Source of the DNA: Myxococcota bacterium
Lineage (GTDB): Bacteria > Myxococcota_A > Polyangia > HGW-17
Length of the DNA: 44,974 bases
Direction: 5' to 3'
NCBI GenBank assembly: GCA_018821745.1
Contig: JAHJLU010000383.1
Span: forward strand, 1-44,974
Of the stretch, positions 24,529 through 31,662 are shown in pieces. A program made the translations under genes and the position numbers. The notes beneath the pieces are model-generated. The model ran no database searches. It had not been told where the DNA came from and was given only the letters and a program-made list of their open reading frames with translations. Numbering within the stretch: the first letter of the stretch is position 1; each line of letters begins with the position of its first letter.

Positions 24529-25539
24529 GTGACCATCTGGGAGAGATTCCGATATGAGACCGCCGCACAGGGCAAAATTACCGCGCTGGATCTGGAGTTG
24601 ACCAAGCGGTGCAATCTCTCCTGTGCCCATTGCTACAAGCTCCGGGGACCGCAGATGATGGACGGGTCGCTGTTTCACCGGGTCCTGGACCAGGCGAGGG
24701 AGCTTGGAATTTTCATGATCGGGTTCAATGGGGGTGAACCCCTGTCCCATCCACAGTTTCTCCCCTTCGCCCGGCGAGTCCTGGAGGAGGGTATTTTCCT
24801 GACCCTGGTCACCAACGGCACGCTCATAACAGAGCAGATGGTCCATGAACTCTCGGCGTGGAAGGGGATTCGTTTTCAGGTGTCACTGTATGGACACGAT
24901 CCCGCCTCTTTCTCGGCGCTCACCGGGGCTCCCGGTTCCCTGTGGGAGAAGGCGCTTCATTCTCTGGAGCTCATTCGCGGGGCAGGGTTCCACCTGGAGG
25001 TGATCCTCCTGGCGGTTGATCAGGAGATCGCCCACATCGGTGGGTTCATGGCATCCCTGAAAAATCAGGGGTTTGACACATGGGTAAATCCCATCCTCTT
25101 TCCCAGGGAGGACGGCGATGAGACGCCCCTGAAGTTTGCCCTTTCCAATGAAAATTATCTAAAACTCTCCCAACTGGAAGACTACAACCCCATTCCCCGC
25201 TGCGAAGGAAACTGTCAGGCCTGTGGCGCCGGGGTCTCATCACTGTCGGTGGATGTCTTCGGGAATATTGTCCCCTGCCTTCTTATCCGTGAGTCACTGG
25301 GAAAAATCCCAAATACTTCCCTGGCAGATGCCCTTGGTGGGGAGACCCTTAAAAACTTCATAAAAAAGAATTCCATCCCACCCCAGTGTGTAGAGTGCGA
25401 TTATTATCCCCACTGCGTTCGCTGCCCCGGCGCTTCCGTGTTCACTACAGGATTGCTCACGGGCATCTCTGGGGAGACCTGCCGCATGGCCAGGTTGCGG
25501 CAAATTTTCCACTCGAGCCACCACCCGGACCATCACTGA
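24529..25539 (+). CDS. Radical SAM enzyme with C-terminal SPASM domain (peptide-modifying maturase type)
   Basis: CNLSCAHC (CxxxCxxC) is followed by the GGEP motif FNGGEPLS. SPASM pattern CGAGVSSLSVDVFGNIVPC...CVECDYYPHCVRC...C. The GTG start lies 5 nt after AAGGAG and 2 nt after the PqqD stop. Confidence 0.9.
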   Translation: MTIWERFRYETAAQGKITALDLELTKRCNLSCAHCYKLRGPQMMDGSLFHRVLDQARELGIFMIGFNGGEPLSHPQFLPFARRVLEEGIFLTLVTNGTLITEQMVHELSAWKGIRFQVSLYGHDPASFSALTGAPGSLWEKALHSLELIRGAGFHLEVILLAVDQEIAHIGGFMASLKNQGFDTWVNPILFPREDGDETPLKFALSNENYLKLSQLEDYNPIPRCEGNCQACGAGVSSLSVDVFGNIVPCLLIRESLGKIPNTSLADALGGETLKNFIKKNSIPPQCVECDYYPHCVRCPGASVFTTGLLTGISGETCRMARLRQIFHSSHHPDHH

Positions 25540-25561
25540 CATTAACCATAACAGAAAGCAA

Positions 25562-25590
25562 TTGGGTACTTGCTCATTTTTCGTTAGATA
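25562..25590 (+). promoter_or_regulatory. Weak sigma70-like promoter candidate ahead of the FG-GAP lipoprotein gene
   Basis: TTGGGT (25562..25567), a 17-nt spacer, then TAGATA (25585..25590), in the AT-rich 140-nt gap. Confidence 0.2.
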
Positions 25591-25679
25591 CTAAACTGGA
25601 TTAACGATATTATCTATGCTCCTGAAATTGGATCGGCCATCCCGATCATTAAACCCAAAGGGAATCCCTGGAGGTAACC

Positions 25680-28600
25680 ATGCGACATCTGGCACTATTC
25701 TTATTGGTAATATGGACATTGGGCGCCGTCTCCTGTGATGACGACAGCAACAATTCCAATAACATCAACAACACAAACAACACAAATTGTGACTGCCAGG
25801 TGACCATCGACACCATCAATGGTCGGGACCTGATGACCGTGAACAACCTTATCCAGGATCAGGACGACCAGGATGTAAACACCGCCGGGTTCCAGATTGA
25901 GGTGGCGGTTTCCTTCTCACAGACTGCCCCCTGTGTCCCTGAAGACGGCTCCACTGCCAGACTCTCGGGAGGCGTCGAGACCATGCAGGCCACCATAACC
26001 AACGGGCAGGCGGTCTTCTCCGGATACTCCATCCCATCGGGGAACGGAGTCCTCCAACTTATCGCCTCCGCCGGCGGCTGCTCCTCTGAACCCACAGATA
26101 TCCTGCTCTCCACCACCCCGGTCCCCATCTGCGCCATCGTCTCCGGGGTCACCTCCGGGACCAGCTACTCCTGTGAAAACGACGACGAAGTTCCGGGGCA
26201 ACTTGGTCTTCAGCGACTCATAACCGCCCAGTGCTCCAATGTGGCCCAGGGCACCACCGTCAACTTCCTGGTGGACGGCAACATGCAAGCTTCCGGCGTC
26301 ACGGGTGTCACGGGCCAGGTGAGCGCCCAGGTGACCTTCCCGGTGACGGCCATCTGCAAAGACACGGTGATCGTCTCCCTCTCGGGTGAATACGACGGCG
26401 CCACCCTCGAAGACGCAATCGCTACGGGTGAAGCCTGCTGCCTCGGCGCCATCCCCTGCTCCATGGGATGGATCGAAGGGACCCACTTCGTGACGGGCAC
26501 ACCCGCAGGAGTCGACACCATGAACGTCGCCACCGATATGGAATCGACCACAGCGGACCACCAGAACCAGTACCAGATCACTACCAACCGAAGCGAAGTC
26601 TCCAGTATCGCCCTTATGGCCGATGACGGTTCGGGGACCTTCACCCAGGTGTGCGGCTCCACGTCACTCACCGCCAACACCGTGACGCTTGACTGCACAA
26701 TCCCCGACGGCACCGTGGCTATCAAACCCGTCTGCACCATTACGGGTGAGACCACTCCCTTCGAAGATGCGAGCCAGCACCACACGGTATACGTTGACAC
26801 CATCCCTCCCACATACGCATCCGATTTTTCCTGCAATGTCTCCAACGCACACGAGGTCGACATCTCCTGCGCCTGGACCATCCCCGGTACCGCCGGCACC
26901 GGTGAAGAAATCTTCGGCACTATTGTTCGATACACCGACACATACGACTCCACCGCAACATGCCTCGCCGACTCCTTCGGCCTCTTTGACACCGGCTGGT
27001 CAACCCTTGATGATGCGCCTGGCCTTTCAACTCTCGATGGAGCAGGAATCCCCGGTGAAGCCAAAAATCACACCTTCACCCCCTTCTCCCCCGGCCCCGG
27101 CTACTGCATGGGCGAGAAGCTCATGGACTTCGGCGGCAATCTCTCCCAGGGGACAGGCGTCTCCTGGACCGGCGCGGTCTACCCAACCATGCAGACCATC
27201 CCCGGCTACAGTGATGACTCCCAGTACGGCAGCGCCCTGGCCACGGTGGATCTCAACTGCGACGGCCTCAAAGATCTCGTTGTAGGGGCCCCCATCGGCC
27301 ACTACGATGCAGCCTGCGGCGGTGACGGTTTCTGTGAAGGCGACGGCAAGGTCTTCGCCTATTTTGCCAAATCCACGGGCGGCTACAGCAGCACCCCCGA
27401 CATCGTCATGACCCACGATCCCGATCTGGGCTACGACACCTATTTCAACTTCGGCATCGCCATGGCAGGGATCGGCAATTTTTCCCGGCACACCGCCATC
27501 GGCAACGACAGCCCTGCCTGCGAGGATCTCGCCGTGAGCGCCCTCTATATGTTAAACGAAGATTTCTATTATACTGGAGAGGTCTACATCCTCAAGGGGC
27601 GACCCGACTGGACCGGCTTTGGGCAGATCTCCACCAAAACCGACGACGCCACCTCCTTTGACATGGTCATTAAATATCGCCGGGGTGCCAGCGATTACTC
27701 TGATAACTATTATTTCTATGAAGAGTTCGGGATTAGCCTCGCGGCCATCGGCGACTTCAACGGCGACGGCTTCGGAGATATGGCCATCGGGGCCCCCGGA
27801 GCCATGCCCTCTGGCGCCGTCTACGGCCTTTTTAGTCGCCCCATCCCCTTCAAGGCCGGCACCAACCCGCCCGTCTACCTTGAAGCCCCCGCCCAGATGA
27901 GCTTCAGCCTCCTGGGGAACTCCACCCTCTCCGCCACGGTTGCCCCCTATGTCTCTGACTACGAGTTCCTGGGGTGGTCCATGTCCGCTTTGGGAGACTA
28001 CAACGGCGACGGCTACGACGACATGCTGGTGGGCGCTCCCGGCTGCGGTGGACTCTGGGGCTACGGAACCTGGGGCGGAACCACCAACGCTCCCGGCAAA
28101 GCCTTCATCATCCTGGGGGGTACCGGCGACAGCACCACCTTCGACTCCGTGACCTACAGCGGCACCAGACTCTTTACCCTCACCCAGGACACGGCGACCA
28201 TCCCCGGAACCAGCTGCTTCGGCTGGAAGGTGGCGGGGTTTGGCGACATCAACGACGATGGCCTCCTGGACTTCGGCGTCTCCGATCGCAATTATGATAT
28301 GCCCGGTTCTTCGGGAGTCGGCAACTTTGAGGGGGCCTTGTTTGTCTACTTCGGTGATGGAACCGTCGGCGATCTCCAGACCTCCGACGCCGGGATGAAA
28401 ATGCGCAGCGAAAACGAACTCACCGTCTCCTCCGATAACTTTGGCGTCGCCGTGGCCCGCTCCGTGGAGACGGTCAACACCCCCATGGGCGACTTCAACA
28501 ACGACGGCATCCCCGACATCCTCGTGGGTGCACAGCACTTTGACACATATCACGGCAGCACCTTTGTGTGGTACGGTGACGTCACGCTGGTGCCCAACTA

Positions 28601-28811
28601 CCAGCCCGACAACTGGATCACCTACGAAGAGGCCACCTTCTGGTTCACCCCCCCCTCCCCCAACGGGTACTGGGGAGTGACCACCATCTGGCTGGGTGAT
28701 TCCAACAACGACGGCTACTCCGATATCGCCATCGGAGACCCCGTCTGGGACACCTTTTATTCAGGCGGTGGTTCTAATCCCAACAGGGGGCGCGTCACCA
28801 TCATCTACTAG
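25680..28811 (+). CDS. Large surface/secreted lipoprotein: Asn-rich linker, Ig-like N-terminal half, integrin-alpha-type FG-GAP/VCBS beta-propeller C-terminal half
   Basis: GGAGG precedes the ATG. Lipobox TLGAVSC is followed by DDDSNNSNNINNTNNTN. There are at least six Ca-binding FG-GAP loops. Confidence 0.88.
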   Translation: MRHLALFLLVIWTLGAVSCDDDSNNSNNINNTNNTNCDCQVTIDTINGRDLMTVNNLIQDQDDQDVNTAGFQIEVAVSFSQTAPCVPEDGSTARLSGGVETMQATITNGQAVFSGYSIPSGNGVLQLIASAGGCSSEPTDILLSTTPVPICAIVSGVTSGTSYSCENDDEVPGQLGLQRLITAQCSNVAQGTTVNFLVDGNMQASGVTGVTGQVSAQVTFPVTAICKDTVIVSLSGEYDGATLEDAIATGEACCLGAIPCSMGWIEGTHFVTGTPAGVDTMNVATDMESTTADHQNQYQITTNRSEVSSIALMADDGSGTFTQVCGSTSLTANTVTLDCTIPDGTVAIKPVCTITGETTPFEDASQHHTVYVDTIPPTYASDFSCNVSNAHEVDISCAWTIPGTAGTGEEIFGTIVRYTDTYDSTATCLADSFGLFDTGWSTLDDAPGLSTLDGAGIPGEAKNHTFTPFSPGPGYCMGEKLMDFGGNLSQGTGVSWTGAVYPTMQTIPGYSDDSQYGSALATVDLNCDGLKDLVVGAPIGHYDAACGGDGFCEGDGKVFAYFAKSTGGYSSTPDIVMTHDPDLGYDTYFNFGIAMAGIGNFSRHTAIGNDSPACEDLAVSALYMLNEDFYYTGEVYILKGRPDWTGFGQISTKTDDATSFDMVIKYRRGASDYSDNYYFYEEFGISLAAIGDFNGDGFGDMAIGAPGAMPSGAVYGLFSRPIPFKAGTNPPVYLEAPAQMSFSLLGNSTLSATVAPYVSDYEFLGWSMSALGDYNGDGYDDMLVGAPGCGGLWGYGTWGGTTNAPGKAFIILGGTGDSTTFDSVTYSGTRLFTLTQDTATIPGTSCFGWKVAGFGDINDDGLLDFGVSDRNYDMPGSSGVGNFEGALFVYFGDGTVGDLQTSDAGMKMRSENELTVSSDNFGVAVARSVETVNTPMGDFNNDGIPDILVGAQHFDTYHGSTFVWYGDVTLVPNYQPDNWITYEEATFWFTPPSPNGYWGVTTIWLGDSNNDGYSDIAIGDPVWDTFYSGGGSNPNRGRVTIIY
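25737..25787 (+). repeat. Asn-rich linker coding region, near-identical to part of 12152..12223
   Basis: Encodes DDDSNNSNNINNTNNTN. The core aattccaataacatcaacaacacaaacaacacaaat differs from the reverse complement of the other locus (aattctaataatatcaacaatacaaacaacacaaac) only at third-codon positions. Confidence 0.8.
27249..28741 (+). repeat. FG-GAP repeat region (protein-level)
   Basis: The six loops are DLNCDGLKDLVVGAP, IGDFNGDGFGDMAIGAP, LGDYNGDGYDDMLVGAP, FGDINDDGLLDFGVSD, MGDFNNDGIPDILVGAQ and LGDSNNDGYSDIAIGDP. Confidence 0.8.
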
Positions 28812-28836
28812 ATGGAGGCACAAAAGGAGACTATAG

Positions 28837-29016
28837 ATGGAAAATTCATCGACACAAACACCCGAAAGTCGGACTGACAAACAGAAGAAACCCTACACTC
28901 CGCCACAACTGTTGAGTGAGAAGGTCTTTGCCACCGACGCCCTGGGAGGGTGCCGCATGGCATCGTTCGCCGACGGTTGTGGCACGCGCCGCGATGTCTA
29001 CCTCTCCTCCCTCTGA
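28837..29016 (+). CDS. Unlisted 59-codon ORF: candidate RiPP precursor peptide (lasso-type leader motif, GG junction, two-Cys core)
   Basis: My own translation is MENSSTQTPESRTDKQKKPYTPPQLLSEKVFATDALGGCRMASFADGCGTRRDVYLSSL, with stop TGA at 29014..29016. AAGGAG at 28824..28829 lies 7 nt before the ATG. The ORF starts 25 nt after the preceding stop and ends 4 nt before the next ATG. It is one codon below the apparent size cut-off of the ORF track. Confidence 0.5.
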   Translation: MENSSTQTPESRTDKQKKPYTPPQLLSEKVFATDALGGCRMASFADGCGTRRDVYLSSL

Positions 29017-29020
29017 TCAC

Positions 29021-29416
29021 ATGCCCTCTCTAGCGCTCACCCTCATCTCGTCCTCCATGGCACCCACCATCACCGAGGGGCAGACCGTCTGGTCCACCCC
29101 CTGCGTTTCCCCTTGTGCAGGGCAGATTGTGGTTATCCCCAGGGGCACCATCTATGTGGTCCACCGGCTGGTGCTGCGCTTCCCCGCCCCCTTTTCCCGG
29201 TGGGGCCTCGAGCGGGGTGACAATGAAAAATTTCCCCGCCTCGTTCACCTGAAGAAGCTGGCAGGCGTTGTGATCATGCCTGAACTCGGGCCCTCTCCCA
29301 CCCGCCGAAACCCCCTGGGAGAGCTGTGGTGGTGGGGACGCAGCATGGGAGGAAACCTCTATTACCGAATGATCACTCGCCTGCCGGTTATTGGAGCCAT
29401 CCATGCCGGTGCTTGA
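29021..29416 (+). CDS. S24/S26-family serine peptidase, ER/SipW-like (Ser-His) signal-peptidase homologue without an obvious membrane anchor
   Basis: SSSMAPTI (the S-M-x-P-T serine box), GQIVVIP, YVVHRLV (His in the position of the S26A/S24 Lys, as in SipW/Sec11) and ERGDNE (GDN box). An alternative in-frame ATG lies at 28994. No hydrophobic N-terminal anchor with either start. Confidence 0.6.
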   Translation: MPSLALTLISSSMAPTITEGQTVWSTPCVSPCAGQIVVIPRGTIYVVHRLVLRFPAPFSRWGLERGDNEKFPRLVHLKKLAGVVIMPELGPSPTRRNPLGELWWWGRSMGGNLYYRMITRLPVIGAIHAGA

Positions 29417-30026
29417 CAGGCCCCCCAGAACCATTGGAGTCACAGGCGGAATCGGATCAGGCAAGTCCACCTTCTCCAAAATGCTGGCCAGCCTTGGTGG
29501 TATTCATCTTGACGGCGATCAACTGGCGAGAAAAGCCGTGGAACCCGGCAGTGAAGGTCTCCGTCAGGTGCGAGACCGTTTTGGACCGCAAATTCTAATG
29601 GACGACGGGACCCTCAATCGGAGAGCGCTGGGAGCCCTGGTATTTTGCGACCACGCCGCTCTGGCCGATCTGGAGGCCATTTTACACCCCCTCATCGGTG
29701 ATCTCCTGAAAGCCACAATAAAAACCGGGCCCTATCCCATTATCTATGAGGCCACCCTGTTGTTTGAGGCAGGCCATCACCATTTCACGGATCTCACGGT
29801 CACGGTGGTGGCACCCCGTGAGATCACCCTCGCCCGCGTTGCAATCCGGGACAGTCTGGGGGTTCCACAAATCAGGGACCGTCTCAATTCCCAGCACGAC
29901 GACTCCTATCGTCTGAACCTCTCCGATATTGCCGTTCATAATAACAACGATCTTGAAAGTCTCGAGCAAAAAGCCCGTACCCTCCACGGGGACATTCTGC
30001 GGGGATCCTTCAAGAGCGTCTACTGA
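29403..30026 (+). CDS. coaE: Dephospho-CoA kinase
   Basis: IGVTGGIGSGKST P-loop at the N-terminus, then LDGDQLAR, ILHPLI and EATLLFE, with the typical ~200-aa CoaE size. ATG 29403 overlaps the peptidase 3' end by 14 nt. Confidence 0.9.
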   Translation: MPVLDRPPRTIGVTGGIGSGKSTFSKMLASLGGIHLDGDQLARKAVEPGSEGLRQVRDRFGPQILMDDGTLNRRALGALVFCDHAALADLEAILHPLIGDLLKATIKTGPYPIIYEATLLFEAGHHHFTDLTVTVVAPREITLARVAIRDSLGVPQIRDRLNSQHDDSYRLNLSDIAVHNNNDLESLEQKARTLHGDILRGSFKSVY

Positions 30027-30027
30027 A

Positions 30028-31632
30028 ATGGATCCCTCAAAACATCTGTATAAGAGCATGGAGGCCCTCGTTGTCCTGGCGCTGGAGCAGCTTGTTCCAC
30101 CTCGAACCGTGTGGTGGAATCCACCGCAACAGGTCGTCCCCTTCGACTCGGATATTACCATCGGCCCGCGACCCTTTCTCCCCGAGGTCGTTATCCTGGT
30201 GACCCATGGCGGACCCCAAAATGGAGGTCAGGTGAAATTCTGGAGAGATCTCCATGAATTTTTCCTCTACCGGACAGCCAGACCAGCGACCAGAATCATT
30301 CGCGTCCTCTATGGAAGCGCCAATTCACCACAGTGGCACAGGCAGATGGTGCGGTTTTATGACGGGTCCCTGGAGCTGGACACTCTCCCCGCCTCGGCAC
30401 AAATCAATCAGTTATTGCTCTTGTGGACCACAGAACACTTTCACGCCATGGACCGTGAGGCGGTCAAAATATTTTTATCCGAGCGGTGTCAACACCCGCC
30501 TCTGGCTGGTTTTTTTTCACGTCTCAAGCAAGCGCTCTTTGCCCTACTGCAGGCACCCATGGGAGATTTTTTGCCAAAGCTGCCACCACGGGGGCTCATA
30601 ATGGAGCCATCCTTCCCCACCTCGGTGCGAAGAGCCGTCACCCTTTTGGGGCTCTTCCCCGAGCTGCTCCGCACGTCCATGTCGGGAAAAATGCGGCGCA
30701 GCCTCACGGAGGCCGGGATATTGGAGGAGAGCCTCACGGGCTTCAGACCGGCCTTTCCCTATGGTCACTACATCACCCAATCGAGGGATCTGCTGGGCAC
30801 GAAACTGCTCACCACTCTGGTAAAGAGAGCGGTGCCCCATCTCGCTCTCATCAGGCGTCGATGGGACCACCGAGACTGCTTGATCGAGAGCATACAGGAG
30901 GCTTGCAGGACAACCCGCCCTGAGGCGTGCGCCTTCTCTCAGTTTTCTGAGGAGGAGGCCATGGAGGTGGGTGGAAATCCCCTCCTCCTCGGTCTGCGCT
31001 ACGTCTTGAAATCCCGATCCCTGGACAGCTTCGGTCACGGACTGCTGCTCAGGGAAGCGGGACTCCCCCAGGACACCGCCTCCCTGTATCGCCTCTCGAG
31101 GATGTTCCGGGGTGAAATCCCCCTGGACCCGCGGCTGGAGGACCCACTGAAAACCCGCCTGGATCAGGCGAAGGAAATAATAGAGAGCTCGCGCGGCACC
31201 TTCAAACAGTCCATCTTTTCCGTGCTCTTCAAGGACGAGGCGATCAAGGTGCGCCAGGTGGAACCGCTGCTGTGGCTCCTCCAGCAGGGAGGACCCCCCC
31301 GAGCCCGTCTCGAGCCCTCTTTTCCTTCCCTGGTCGACCCGTCGGGCAGGGCGGGAACCGTGCGCCTCCTGGTCTCTGGATCGGCGCTGGCCCACTGGAA
31401 GACAGCCCACAAGGGACAGCGTGACAAGACCAAGGAGCTTGCCGCAAAGGGGTTTTCCCTTGCCGCCATGCACCCGGAAATCTCCCGCAGGTACCTCTTT
31501 CTGGATGGTGAATGGTCCCCGAAAAATCTGGGTATCCTCGCCACGAGCGGGTGGACCCACGTCTACCCAATCTCCGCCCTTGGGCCGGTTTTCATGAAAA
31601 AGAGGTTTACGAAAAAGAGTGTATGGGTATAA
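30028..31632 (+). CDS. Hypothetical protein (534 aa), no recognisable family
   Basis: The ATG lies 1 nt after the coaE stop. Composition is protein-like, whereas the 338-aa antisense ORF is G/R/E-rich shadow. I found no PP-loop, P-loop or metal motif. Confidence 0.65.
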   Translation: MDPSKHLYKSMEALVVLALEQLVPPRTVWWNPPQQVVPFDSDITIGPRPFLPEVVILVTHGGPQNGGQVKFWRDLHEFFLYRTARPATRIIRVLYGSANSPQWHRQMVRFYDGSLELDTLPASAQINQLLLLWTTEHFHAMDREAVKIFLSERCQHPPLAGFFSRLKQALFALLQAPMGDFLPKLPPRGLIMEPSFPTSVRRAVTLLGLFPELLRTSMSGKMRRSLTEAGILEESLTGFRPAFPYGHYITQSRDLLGTKLLTTLVKRAVPHLALIRRRWDHRDCLIESIQEACRTTRPEACAFSQFSEEEAMEVGGNPLLLGLRYVLKSRSLDSFGHGLLLREAGLPQDTASLYRLSRMFRGEIPLDPRLEDPLKTRLDQAKEIIESSRGTFKQSIFSVLFKDEAIKVRQVEPLLWLLQQGGPPRARLEPSFPSLVDPSGRAGTVRLLVSGSALAHWKTAHKGQRDKTKELAAKGFSLAAMHPEISRRYLFLDGEWSPKNLGILATSGWTHVYPISALGPVFMKKRFTKKSVWV

Positions 31633-31662
31633 CTTGCCCGAGGAAAGCGCGGGCCAGAGCCC

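Noticed and set aside
25557-25581. Hairpin AGCAA-N8-TTGCT followed by CATTTTT as an intrinsic terminator
   Set aside because: The stem is only 5 bp and mostly A/U, with an 8-nt loop. That is too weak to call a terminator; it is mentioned only as a caveat.
25616-25738. 40-codon ORF (MLLKLDRPSRSLNPKGIPGGNHATSGTILIGNMDIGRRLL) right after the rSAM gene, considered as a precursor
   Set aside because: It has no SD. It reads through the SD and start codon of the FG-GAP gene in another frame, and it has no Cys or leader-like motif.
26210-28553. Several long minus-strand ORFs (26210..27064, 27552..28553, 27027..27491)
   Set aside because: All are antisense to the FG-GAP lipoprotein gene, whose repeats define the coding frame.
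30544-31560. 338-aa minus-strand ORF opposite the orphan 534-aa gene
   Set aside because: It is G/R/E/Q-rich shadow. The plus-strand ORF is longer, starts 1 nt after the coaE stop and fits the operon.
30028-31632. Tested as the missing lasso cyclase (Asn-synthetase-like)
   Set aside because: No SGGxDS PP-loop or other AsnB-like block is present. No transglutaminase-like B2 protease was found anywhere in the window either.
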